Assembly (NCBI GenBank): GCA_033762255.1
Contig: JANRLT010000070.1
Location: forward strand, 8,548-72,547
Source: Pirellulales bacterium
Lineage (GTDB): Bacteria > Planctomycetota > Planctomycetia > Pirellulales > JALHPA01
Length of the DNA stretch: 64,000 bases
Direction: 5' to 3'
The notes beneath the pieces were generated by a model. It made no database searches and was not told the DNA's origin. It saw only the letters and a program-made list of their open reading frames with translations. Made by a program: the position numbers and the translations under genes. Of this stretch, positions 17,619 to 26,037 are shown piece after piece. The stretch's first letter is position 1; every line of letters begins with the position of its first letter.

Positions 17619-17895
17619 TGAACGAGTCGCCGACGTCAAATTTACGAAAGATACATTGAGCGTGGCCCTGAAGGATGGGCGGACCATCATCGTTCCACTC
17701 GCTTGGTATCCACGGTTATTCAACGCGACTGTCGCCGAACGAAAAAACTGGCAAATCGCAGGTGGGGGTTATGGCATTTATTGGCCCGATATTGATGAGG
17801 ATTTGAGCACCGAGGGGCTACTCCGCGGCGCTCCCGCCCCGTTATCGGCAAAGGTCAGTACCCAGAAAAACCCTAGCCGCCGCACAAAGCGGTGA
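17593..17895 (+). CDS. DUF2442 domain protein
   Basis: VADVKFTKDTLSVALKDGRTIIVPLAWYPRLFNATVAERKNWQIAGGGYGIYWPDIDEDLSTEGLL matches the DUF2442 pattern. Overlaps the upstream gene by 26 nt. Confidence 0.65.
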   Translation: MGILALTADERVADVKFTKDTLSVALKDGRTIIVPLAWYPRLFNATVAERKNWQIAGGGYGIYWPDIDEDLSTEGLLRGAPAPLSAKVSTQKNPSRRTKR

Positions 17896-17978
17896 ATGGG
17901 AGGGTGGTTAAGTCATATAATGAATCCAAAGCTATTGCACCACCAACCGCGATATCTTGATCGTTAGTTGACTTTCAA

Positions 17979-18434
17979 ATGCATCGCATTCACTCAGATA
18001 ACCGGCCCATCCGTGCTTTTCCTAAAGACCACCCCGCACGCGCCACACTGATTGCCCATATTAAGTGTCGTCGACAATGCATAGGTCGTGAGATTGCGTG
18101 GCCGGGCCACGAGGCTGAAGCAATCGACCAAGAATGGTATTCTGTGATTGACGGCAGAAAGAGTAACTTCTCTGGTTTTGCTTACTCATATCTAAGTTTC
18201 GATCTCGTTCTGCACGAATGGCTCGATCAAGAATCGCCGTTCGACGCGCATCCTACGCTCGCCCACATCTCCAAACTTTTGGGTATGCTTAACGAATGCG
18301 AGAGTGCTTGCGGGAAAGACGAAAACAACGGTGTCCTCCAGCTAATACCCATCGTTCGTAGGTTTCTCACCCTTTGGGATGCCGCAACTAGACATCGTGA
18401 GTCGCAAAACGATACTTACGCGCAGAACATCTAG
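17979..18434 (+). CDS. hypothetical protein (islet gene)
   Basis: 151-aa ATG-initiated ORF in a lower-GC segment, co-directional with its neighbours. No motif recognised. Confidence 0.45.
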   Translation: MHRIHSDNRPIRAFPKDHPARATLIAHIKCRRQCIGREIAWPGHEAEAIDQEWYSVIDGRKSNFSGFAYSYLSFDLVLHEWLDQESPFDAHPTLAHISKLLGMLNECESACGKDENNGVLQLIPIVRRFLTLWDAATRHRESQNDTYAQNI

Positions 18435-18594
18435 CCAGTCAGTCGGTTAATTGAGCGAATGGCTGAAACAGCATAAAATGCGAAAATTGTGGGACGGCGC
18501 ACACAATATGCCGAGCGTATACTGCGATTCAGGTTAGCATCGGCGCGATCTATTTCACGGAACAGTAAATCAGTTATACCCCACGAGTTCACAT

Positions 18595-19044
18595 ATGGCA
18601 GACAGCGACGAAATGGAGACGGTCACCGATCGAGACGACGCGACCTGGATTGCTGATCAACGCAAGATCGTCGAGACATACCTGCAGCATCAAGGTTGCG
18701 AGCATGCCGGTGTTTCTTTGGAGCCGCGATGGTACTTGTATCCATATCTAGCTCTCTGGGCCGTGCGATCCAAATTGAATCCCCAGTTGGTTGGGTGGTG
18801 GGCAATATCTGGTGATGTACCGACTGATTACATGGCAGCGGCTCGCGAACTGCGAAGCATAGCGGATGTTCTTGCTGCATTTGGTAGGTTATGGCTCCAA
18901 TCAGCCGAAGCAATGTCACGAGGGGAGCACACGGGAAAAGGCAAGCCTGAAAACGCAATTGAAGTTGCTCCCTTACTGCGTGTTCGAGCAGAGATGATGC
19001 AAGAGCTTGCGGAGCAGGTTCGAGCCGAAGAGAGTGAAGAATAA
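18595..19044 (+). CDS. DUF4826-like protein
   Basis: W..DQRK.V..YL...G.......EPRWYLYPYLALWAV.S......VGWWAISGDVPTDY resembles my recollection of the DUF4826 core (P..A.W.......WVI.GDLP.D). The assignment is from memory. Confidence 0.45.
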   Translation: MADSDEMETVTDRDDATWIADQRKIVETYLQHQGCEHAGVSLEPRWYLYPYLALWAVRSKLNPQLVGWWAISGDVPTDYMAAARELRSIADVLAAFGRLWLQSAEAMSRGEHTGKGKPENAIEVAPLLRVRAEMMQELAEQVRAEESEE

Positions 19045-19132
19045 TCTGTGAGAGAATATCACCCTACGGATGGTATCGCGGTTGGTGTGTCGTCACTCAT
19101 TTTTTCTGTTATGTGCATAAGGAAGCGACAAT

Positions 19133-19585
19133 ATGTCAGACAACTGGATTACGATTGTACCTGAGGACCCTCGATTTGTTCCCGATGTTTTGAAACAGCG
19201 ACTTGCACGCGATCGGTTTGCAGAAATTGCACCCGAGGCGGACGAAATCAATATCAAGGTCTCTGAGAATATTAATTTCTTCGATTGTGGAGCAAACTTC
19301 GAACGAATCTGTTGTCCATCATGTGCTGCGGAAATCCCGGTCGAATGGTGGCAAGTCCGTATGGATGAAGATCACGATAATGGATACAAACTTGCCCCGT
19401 ATGCCTCGCCCTGTTGTGGAAAAGTGTTAACGCTGAATGAACTTATTTATGTATGGCCACAAGGATTTGGTCGATTTGCGCTCGATGCAATGAACCCCAA
19501 AATCGGCAAGCTGGAAGACAAGTTTAAGATGGAAATGGAGAAGATACTTGCCACTAAATTGCGTGTAATTTATCAACATCTATGA
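19133..19585 (+). CDS. hypothetical protein with two Cys pairs (CCPSC ... PCCG)
   Basis: 150-aa ORF with AAGGAAG 8 nt upstream of ATG 19133. GC about 44% by eye. Possible small zinc-ribbon-like Cys pairs. Confidence 0.5.
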   Translation: MSDNWITIVPEDPRFVPDVLKQRLARDRFAEIAPEADEINIKVSENINFFDCGANFERICCPSCAAEIPVEWWQVRMDEDHDNGYKLAPYASPCCGKVLTLNELIYVWPQGFGRFALDAMNPKIGKLEDKFKMEMEKILATKLRVIYQHL

Positions 19586-19870
19586 TGACCGAGAATTTTA
19601 AACGTTTGCTGATGATTGAGGGCGCATCTGGTTTCACGCGGTAAATGCCTAAAAGGTGCGCGGGAATCTATCTTTTTATCTTCACATCGATCCTCTCCGC
19701 CCACGTTTTACTGGGTCATTTCCTAGTTTAACATCTCCCCCCTAATCCACATAATCGTTAAACTTTACCAGCACTCCGCGTCGATTATTGGCAGGGAAGC
19801 CGAAAATCCTGGGTTGGGGTTTTATGCCCACCTTTGCCTGTTAGACCGCGAAAAATCGCCAGGAGCTGTC

Positions 19871-20434
19871 ATGACCACCGCGGGAATCAGTGGCTGGAAT
19901 ACGTCGGTGGATGGTTCCCCGCGCGGCAAAAAAGGGGAAGAGTCCGCTAGCACGTCCTTTGCGCGATTATTGCAAGCATTTGGCGGGGGTGCCGCGCCCA
20001 CCAGCGAGTCCCCGGCGGCCGGAACGGAATCCGCAGATCCCCTGGCTGGCGTCGCCACGATCTCCGCCGACCCCGCGCTGGTGGAGCGCTACGATAACGA
20101 TTTGCAGCTATTGCGCGAGCGAATCCAGGAAATCCTGGCCGAGCTAAACCTGCCCAGCGATGCCGGGCTGACCATTCAGCAAAGCCTGAGCAATAACCTG
20201 ACCGTTACCGGAGAGGAACCCGCCCGCACCGAACTCGAAACAGCGCTCAATGACGACCCACGGTTGCAACGCTTGTTCCAGGCGGTCAAAAGCCAAGCCG
20301 AGCAGCTTGCCCCCAGCTTTGACACCGAGGGAGTATTACCCACCGCGGGCCTAGCGGCGGACGGCAGCATTCAATTACCCGCGCGGTTTTCCCTGCAGAT
20401 TGAAAACAATCGTATCTCCGCGCGCGTGGGCTAG
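19871..20434 (+). CDS. hypothetical protein
   Basis: AGGAG at 19861-19865 precedes ATG 19871 (MTTAGISGWNT...). The product is Ala/Ser/Glu-rich. No family recognised. Confidence 0.5.
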   Translation: MTTAGISGWNTSVDGSPRGKKGEESASTSFARLLQAFGGGAAPTSESPAAGTESADPLAGVATISADPALVERYDNDLQLLRERIQEILAELNLPSDAGLTIQQSLSNNLTVTGEEPARTELETALNDDPRLQRLFQAVKSQAEQLAPSFDTEGVLPTAGLAADGSIQLPARFSLQIENNRISARVG

Positions 20435-20486
20435 GGGGTGGAGTACTGGAGAAATGGAGTAATGGAGTAGTGGAGTAATACAGTTC

Positions 20487-20528
20487 TGCTCCCCTGCCCC
20501 CCTGCTCCCCTGCCCCCTCCGCTCCCCC
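20487..20528 (-). repeat. G-tract (G4-type) motif on the sense strand just 3' of ygfZ
   Basis: The + strand reads CTGCTCCCCTGCCCCCCTGCTCCCCTGCCCCCTCCGCTCCCCC. The minus (ygfZ sense) strand therefore carries at least 5 runs of G4-G6 with short loops, 19-60 nt past the stop at 20547. Confidence 0.6.
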
Positions 20529-20546
20529 ATAATCCCACTCTTTGAA

Positions 20547-21536
20547 TCACTTGTTCGGGGTAGCGTAAACAATCGTCCCCGTCGAGGTTTGCAGTTCCGC
20601 TCCTGGTGGCAAATTGCGCCGCAGATACGCCAGGCCCAGGCTGGCCGAGCTATCCGGCAGGGGAGCGATCGACGTGATCCGCCCGACTGGCTTCTCCTGA
20701 TAAAATAGTGGCAAGGGAGTGGTGCCTGTTAGCCGCTCTGGTGACCATATACGCCGCAGCAATTGATTGACATGTCCCAGGGCATCAATTCGGGCCACTG
20801 TTTCTTGGCCCAGATAGCACCCCTTGGTAAAGGAGATGGCTTGCTGGTCGCGGGCGACTTCTTGCGGTAAATTTTCCGTGGTAATATCACCCCCAAACCA
20901 GGGATACCCCCCTGCCACGCGGAGCAGGTCAAACGTCTCCCATGGGGCGAACAACTCCGCCGCTGGCCGCTGGAACGTGCTTGCCATCCAGGCTTCGGCA
21001 GCGTCGGCCTGTGCCAGCGGCGTGCGCACTAGCCAGGACGGTACGGGAAGCCAATCGACCTGGGCCATCCACAGGTTAAATTCATGTCCCGCCGGATCCT
21101 GCGCGCGGAGTTCGCTGCTGATTAATGGTTCCTCTGGCCAGGTTGTGATACCGGCTAGTTGCCATGTAGCTTCATTACCGCAGACCAGCCACGTCGCAAC
21201 CGCGTTGGTCTGATCGGCCAATTCCACCTGTTCGCGAATGATGTAGCGATCCCAGTGGGGTAGCAGTGTGGCCGCCTGACCCGCCACGGTCATATATGCT
21301 AATTCATTTGGAAAAGCCCAAAAGATTCCATGCCCCAGCGTGTGCCCCTTGGCCGTGCAAATGAAGGCCTCTTGCCCCCGGCCCTCCGCCAATTCCCGCA
21401 CCTTATGGGTGCAAAAGTTATTGGCAAACGTCAGTCGGTCCCGCCCCGCCAGGGTCAGCCAAGTAAGCTGGGAGCTCATTCGCACGAGCAGGGGATATGT
21501 CAATTGTGGCAGGGCTGGAGGGGATGGCTGGTCCAT
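20547..21536 (-). CDS. ygfZ: YgfZ/GcvT-fold folate-binding protein
   Basis: Signature FTKGCYLGQETVARI (KGCYxGQE) in the C-terminal half. ATG 21536 lies 1 nt after the TAA (21540-21538) of the upstream gene. Confidence 0.7.
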   Translation of the reverse strand: MDQPSPPALPQLTYPLLVRMSSQLTWLTLAGRDRLTFANNFCTHKVRELAEGRGQEAFICTAKGHTLGHGIFWAFPNELAYMTVAGQAATLLPHWDRYIIREQVELADQTNAVATWLVCGNEATWQLAGITTWPEEPLISSELRAQDPAGHEFNLWMAQVDWLPVPSWLVRTPLAQADAAEAWMASTFQRPAAELFAPWETFDLLRVAGGYPWFGGDITTENLPQEVARDQQAISFTKGCYLGQETVARIDALGHVNQLLRRIWSPERLTGTTPLPLFYQEKPVGRITSIAPLPDSSASLGLAYLRRNLPPGAELQTSTGTIVYATPNK

Positions 21537-21537
21537 G

Positions 21538-22830
21538 TTAATTCCTTCCCGCTGTGGGCTGGGGCAATGGTTCCAAGTCCACAAATTCCGCATGATGAAA
21601 GACGCAACCGCTGGCTGCCGTTTCACAGAGCCGTTGCAAGTCCTCATCTTCCACCAGGGGATGCCAGCCCAGGTCGCTCACTAGATGTTCTGGTAATTCA
21701 CTCGCTAGGGCCAATCGTGCGTGTTCGCGGGCGTTTTGCAAAATTTTGGCCATTTGCCACCCTGGGACCTTTTCTCGTTCCAGGACTTCCGGCACTTCGT
21801 CGGCAAATCCTGATTGCGCCCATTCCAGCACTCCCGCCGGTGGCATGACGGACAGATCGGTGTAAAGCGCCAGGCTGCCGCCACGCTTGACATATTGCAA
21901 ATACCTTGCTAATTGCAAAACCACATTTTCCCAACTGGAGCTGGTAGCACCATTTAGCCCGGCAATCACCAATGGGACTGGAGTTCGCAAACCGGCTCCC
22001 CATGCTTGACGGCCAAAATCGGCTCCCCACTGACAGACAGAATCCAACATGCCAGCGGAAACAGCTAGCACATCCCCTGCCGGTCCAGGAACCACTTGCA
22101 CGCAAAATTGCACGCCTAAGAGCCAATCGGGGGAGTGGGTAATTTCTGGAGCCTTGCCTGACTTGGGTGGCTTGGCGGATTTGAGTGGCTTGGGGGATTT
22201 GGTCAGATTGGCCAAGCTGGCGTTAATGGCTCGCCCACGAGCGGCCAAATCGGAGAATTCTGGATACAGCAAACTGCGCTGCACGGGAGTTTTTCCTGTC
22301 AGATCCGTCGTTGAATTCGAGTTCGTCCAGCTTGCGCAGCCCACGGGAATAATCAAATCCGCGTCCAGCAGTCGTCGGTTAAAGTAAATCGGCGCCGCGG
22401 ACTCGTCAGCGGCCAGATAGCCCAGGTCGTTACGTTGATCGGGATGGTGCAGCGCCAACGTGGGTGCATCGGAGCTTTCCGCTGGCCAAATCTGGCGTAG
22501 TTGTGCGAGTTGTGCCTGTGCGGCGCCATCCAAAAGGACGGTAAGCCGCGCGGCGTCAACATTTTGGGCGAGTAAATACTTGCAAATTGCCGGGACGATC
22601 GTTGCGACCTGGGGCAACTGGGGATCGACAGCTAGCACGATTTGGTCCCCCGGAACGGTTGCCGCCGCCAAGGGGGGAAAATCACGCGGATGATGCAGGG
22701 CTGTTTGTACAGTCGAGGCCAAGTCCGCGACTGCGGCGAGCGTGGGGAGTCCATAGTGCGTCAGTCGACAACTGGTGTCAACCGGCACAAGAATCTCACT
22801 TTGCTGGCCATATTTTAACCGTGCTGGCAT
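21538..22830 (-). CDS. LarA-N-terminal-like (DUF2088-like) protein with an internal Lys/Pro-rich insert
   Basis: The N-terminus (MPARLKYGQQSEILVPVD...ALHHPRDFPPLAAATVPGDQIVLAVDP) resembles the start of lactate-racemase-like DUF2088 proteins. The insert is KSPKPLKSAKPPKSGKAPE. This is a weak, memory-based call. Confidence 0.35.
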   Translation of the reverse strand: MPARLKYGQQSEILVPVDTSCRLTHYGLPTLAAVADLASTVQTALHHPRDFPPLAAATVPGDQIVLAVDPQLPQVATIVPAICKYLLAQNVDAARLTVLLDGAAQAQLAQLRQIWPAESSDAPTLALHHPDQRNDLGYLAADESAAPIYFNRRLLDADLIIPVGCASWTNSNSTTDLTGKTPVQRSLLYPEFSDLAARGRAINASLANLTKSPKPLKSAKPPKSGKAPEITHSPDWLLGVQFCVQVVPGPAGDVLAVSAGMLDSVCQWGADFGRQAWGAGLRTPVPLVIAGLNGATSSSWENVVLQLARYLQYVKRGGSLALYTDLSVMPPAGVLEWAQSGFADEVPEVLEREKVPGWQMAKILQNAREHARLALASELPEHLVSDLGWHPLVEDEDLQRLCETAASGCVFHHAEFVDLEPLPQPTAGRN

Positions 22831-23141
22831 GCAAGCCGACCCGCGCGACAGGTGTTAATTCGGGGAGGTTATTAAATTAGGGTATTTGGCATCATAGCCC
22901 CCCATGTGCAGGGGTCAAGGCAGGGGATGTTGGTCAAGGCTGCTCCGGTTCGTACAAGGAATTCGGTTGCTAGCCCATTCCCAGGGAGATAACGAGAGAA
23001 TTGCCTGGTCACCAGGTGTCAGCGGCGTATTTCCTGCTAAACTCCCCCAGATCGAGCTTTACGCAAAACCTCTGGAAAGAAATAATTCCCCAGCGGAAGA
23101 CTCTCTTGATTATTTTTGCTTGATTTTTGCCAGCATGTGCC

Positions 23142-25742
23142 ATGAAACTGCCGCTCAAAATATTGGTCCTGATGATCGGGTTGGGGATGATTTCCTGCGC
23201 TGGACTGCCCGGTTGCGGAAGAGCTGTTCCCGAACCTAATTCCCAACAACCCGCCGCAACGGTGGCTAATAATACCACTGGCGGAACAGTTCAGCCACCC
23301 GCGCAAGGTGCTTCCTCCACCGCCCCGCCGATTACCGATTCGGTCAATTTTGTGCCAAAATCCGTTGTCCCGGCGGGAACGCCTGTTGCAGCTCCGACTA
23401 CAGCCCCCATTCCCCTGGCGGCCGCCGATTCGGCGGTGGGAATCTTGCAACGGATGGCGCAGGCGTACCGCGTTGCGGAGACTTACGCCGATCAAGCGTA
23501 CGTGCGGCAAAAGTTTGTGCGCAATGGCCAGGAATTTACATTAGAACAGCCGTTGCAGGTTGCCTTTGCGCGGCCCAACAAACTGCGGCTCGAGTGTTAT
23601 ACGTTGAAACTGGTGAATGATGGCCAAACCGTGCGCGGGGCGGTGGAAAATACCGAAGGAGTGCTGGAGTTGCCCGCGCCGGGACAACTGACGCTGGATA
23701 ACCTGGTGTTAGACGCGACCATGCAAAACATCATCAACCAGGGCTTTGCCGGGACACCGTTGCAGCCTTTGTTGCTGTTGGGTGATGACGCCTTATCGAT
23801 GATTTATCAACCCAGCCTGCAACCCCGCTTGGCGGTCGAGGGGCGGCATGAAAACCGCCTGTGCCACCGGGTGGAAATTCCCTCTCCCGCGGGTGTGTTG
23901 ACTTTGTGGATTGACCAAGAGAGCTATATTTTGCGGCGGGCCGATTATCCGTTGGATGGCCTGCGGGGCGAACTGGAAAAGGGGGGGCCGGTGTCGGATT
24001 TGCAAATGTTCGCGGATTTTTCGCAAGCACAGTTCAATTCGCGGCTCGCGCCAGAGGCTTTTCAATTTGCCGTCCCTCCCGGCGCGCTGCTTGTCAAGCG
24101 GCTGATCTCCTTTCCTCCACCGTTGTCGCCGACGCCCCTCCTGGGAAAACCGGTTCCCAACTTTGAATTTGTGGCGCGAAATGGAGATAAAATAACGCCC
24201 CAAACCATGCGGGGAAAAATTCAGGTGCTCTTGTTTTGGGGGGTGGACAATCCCGCCAGCCGACAAATCTTGCCGTTGTTTGCGGAACTTGCCCAGCGCT
24301 ACGGGGAGATGTCCGCGCAGCTCGCCTTTACGCCCGTCAATGTGGATGACGCCCAGGTCACGAACGAGACCATCGCCAACACCTTGTCCCAGTTAAACAT
24401 TACTTTGCCGACCTTGCGCGATCCGCAATTGGATGCAAAGAAATCACTAGGCGTGGACGTTATTCCTTCGCTGCTAGTCCTGGATGCCGCGGGGAACATC
24501 GAGCATCATTGGCCGGAATTGCTGCTAAATATGGCTAGCACGTTGCCGCCGTTTTTGGATGCCCTGTTGGCGGGCAAATCCACCGCCGCCGCCTCTTTTG
24601 AGGATTTTCAGTTACGTCTGGCCGAATATCGCCGCTATCAGCAAATGCCTCCCCAGGCACCCGGGACCGTGGCCGAAATTCCGCTGGCTCCCGCGGCGAC
24701 CCAGGCCAGTGCCCCCAGTAAACATCGTTTGGAACCGCTGTGGAAATCATCCGCGGGACAATTGGCGCAGGGAGGTAATATCTTGGTCATCGAAGCGGGC
24801 GCCGGCGACCCCCAGGTGTTGGTATTGGATGGTTCGCAGGCGGTTTGTCAATTCGATAGCGCGGGCAAATTGATCCAGCGGCACGAGTTGGGCTTGCCCC
24901 CCCAAACACCGGTGACCACCCTGCGTACCGCGGTCGGCGCCAACGGCCAACGTAGTTATTTGTTATTTCATCCGTTTGAAAAGCATGTCCATCTCTTTAA
25001 TGAGCAATGGCAAAAGACGCTCAGCTATCCCCAACCACAGCAACAGGGGCAAGATCAAATTACGGATGCTCAATTGATTGACTTGGATGGCGACGGCGAA
25101 CTGGAAATTGCCCTGTCGTATACCGGTCTGACCGGTGTGCGGCTGGCCAAGCTGGATGGCACCGACCTGGGGGGAAACCGCAAGGATATCCAGTTTGGCC
25201 TACGCCTGGCCTATAGCGAACCGGACGCCCAGCGGCAGCGTCTGCTGTTTTGTTCCACGGCACAGGGTAATATCGTGCCGCTGGATTTCCAGTTGCGGGC
25301 CGCCACCCCGTGGACCATTCCCGATGTGCGGCTCTTTGGAATTGTCGGCGGAGATGTGCAACCTCTGGGCGTACGGCAGTACCTGGGTTATACCTTGGCG
25401 GCCAGCAGCGCCACGCGCCTCTTAGCGCTGGATAAGACGGGCAAGCCGCTGTGGAGTTATGATCTGCCCGCCGGCGTGCACCAGGTGCCGATCGACTTTT
25501 TATGCACGACCCCTTTGGTAGGCCAGGCCAACCGCGCATGGTTGATGGCGGGGGCGGATGGCTCGATTCATTTGGTTGATGCGGCGGGAACGTTGATTGA
25601 TAAATTTGCCACTGGACAGGTCCTTAGCGGGATCGGGGGATATGTGACCGCGGATGGCCGACAGTCGGTCATTTTGACCTCTAGCGGCCAGGAACTAACC
25701 GCCTGGAAACTGACGCCGCTAGAGTCCGCCAGCCAAAAATAG
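23142..25742 (+). CDS. large lipoprotein: LolA-like/DUF2092-like N-domain + Cys-less thioredoxin-fold domain + beta-propeller-like C-domain
   Basis: ATG 23142 gives MKLPLKILVLMIGLGMISCAG (lipobox-like). It has a LolA-like block (ILQRMAQAYRVAETYAD...FARPNKLRLE...LVNDGQTV) and a TlpA-like block (GKPVPNFEFVARNGDKITPQTMRGKIQVLLFWGVDNPASRQ). FG-GAP-like DLDGDGELEIA lies in the C-terminal third. Confidence 0.6.
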   Translation: MKLPLKILVLMIGLGMISCAGLPGCGRAVPEPNSQQPAATVANNTTGGTVQPPAQGASSTAPPITDSVNFVPKSVVPAGTPVAAPTTAPIPLAAADSAVGILQRMAQAYRVAETYADQAYVRQKFVRNGQEFTLEQPLQVAFARPNKLRLECYTLKLVNDGQTVRGAVENTEGVLELPAPGQLTLDNLVLDATMQNIINQGFAGTPLQPLLLLGDDALSMIYQPSLQPRLAVEGRHENRLCHRVEIPSPAGVLTLWIDQESYILRRADYPLDGLRGELEKGGPVSDLQMFADFSQAQFNSRLAPEAFQFAVPPGALLVKRLISFPPPLSPTPLLGKPVPNFEFVARNGDKITPQTMRGKIQVLLFWGVDNPASRQILPLFAELAQRYGEMSAQLAFTPVNVDDAQVTNETIANTLSQLNITLPTLRDPQLDAKKSLGVDVIPSLLVLDAAGNIEHHWPELLLNMASTLPPFLDALLAGKSTAAASFEDFQLRLAEYRRYQQMPPQAPGTVAEIPLAPAATQASAPSKHRLEPLWKSSAGQLAQGGNILVIEAGAGDPQVLVLDGSQAVCQFDSAGKLIQRHELGLPPQTPVTTLRTAVGANGQRSYLLFHPFEKHVHLFNEQWQKTLSYPQPQQQGQDQITDAQLIDLDGDGELEIALSYTGLTGVRLAKLDGTDLGGNRKDIQFGLRLAYSEPDAQRQRLLFCSTAQGNIVPLDFQLRAATPWTIPDVRLFGIVGGDVQPLGVRQYLGYTLAASSATRLLALDKTGKPLWSYDLPAGVHQVPIDFLCTTPLVGQANRAWLMAGADGSIHLVDAAGTLIDKFATGQVLSGIGGYVTADGRQSVILTSSGQELTAWKLTPLESASQK

Positions 25743-25753
25743 TAGAATGTATT

Positions 25754-25964
25754 TCTCTCAATCCGTGAGAGGGTGGAATGGAGTTTGGAGTTTAGAGAAG
25801 TGGAGTTGGGTGATGATGACATTGTACTCCTCTCACTCCGTGAGAGGTGCAGAGTGAAGGAGACTTAGAATGGCCGTATTTAGCGTCTCAACACCGAACG
25901 GCGGTAATAGATACATCACACGGAGTGTGATGATGACATTGTACTCCTCTCACTCCGTGAGAGG
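25754..25964. repeat. cluster of REP-like hairpin repeats (double-hairpin family)
   Basis: CCTCTCAC-TCC-GTGAGAGG at 25828-25847 and 25945-25964, with a degenerate copy at about 25754-25773. CATCACAC-GGA-GTGTGATG at 25914-25933. The full composite CATCACACGGAGTGTGATGATGACATTGTACTCCTCTCACTCCGTGAGAGG is at 25914-25964. Confidence 0.85.
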
Positions 25965-26037
25965 GGTATCGGCTGCTCGCGATAAATGAGGATGTTTTGC
26001 GGATTGCCAGGTTTTGTTGCAAATCAAAGATTATCCC

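Noticed and set aside
25754-25964. Possible small CRISPR array (repeated ~20-nt palindromic units)
   Set aside because: There are only 2-3 copies with irregular spacing. Two different hairpin types alternate, the same units recur at 63.4-63.7 kb, and no cas genes are present. It fits a REP/MITE-like dispersed repeat better.
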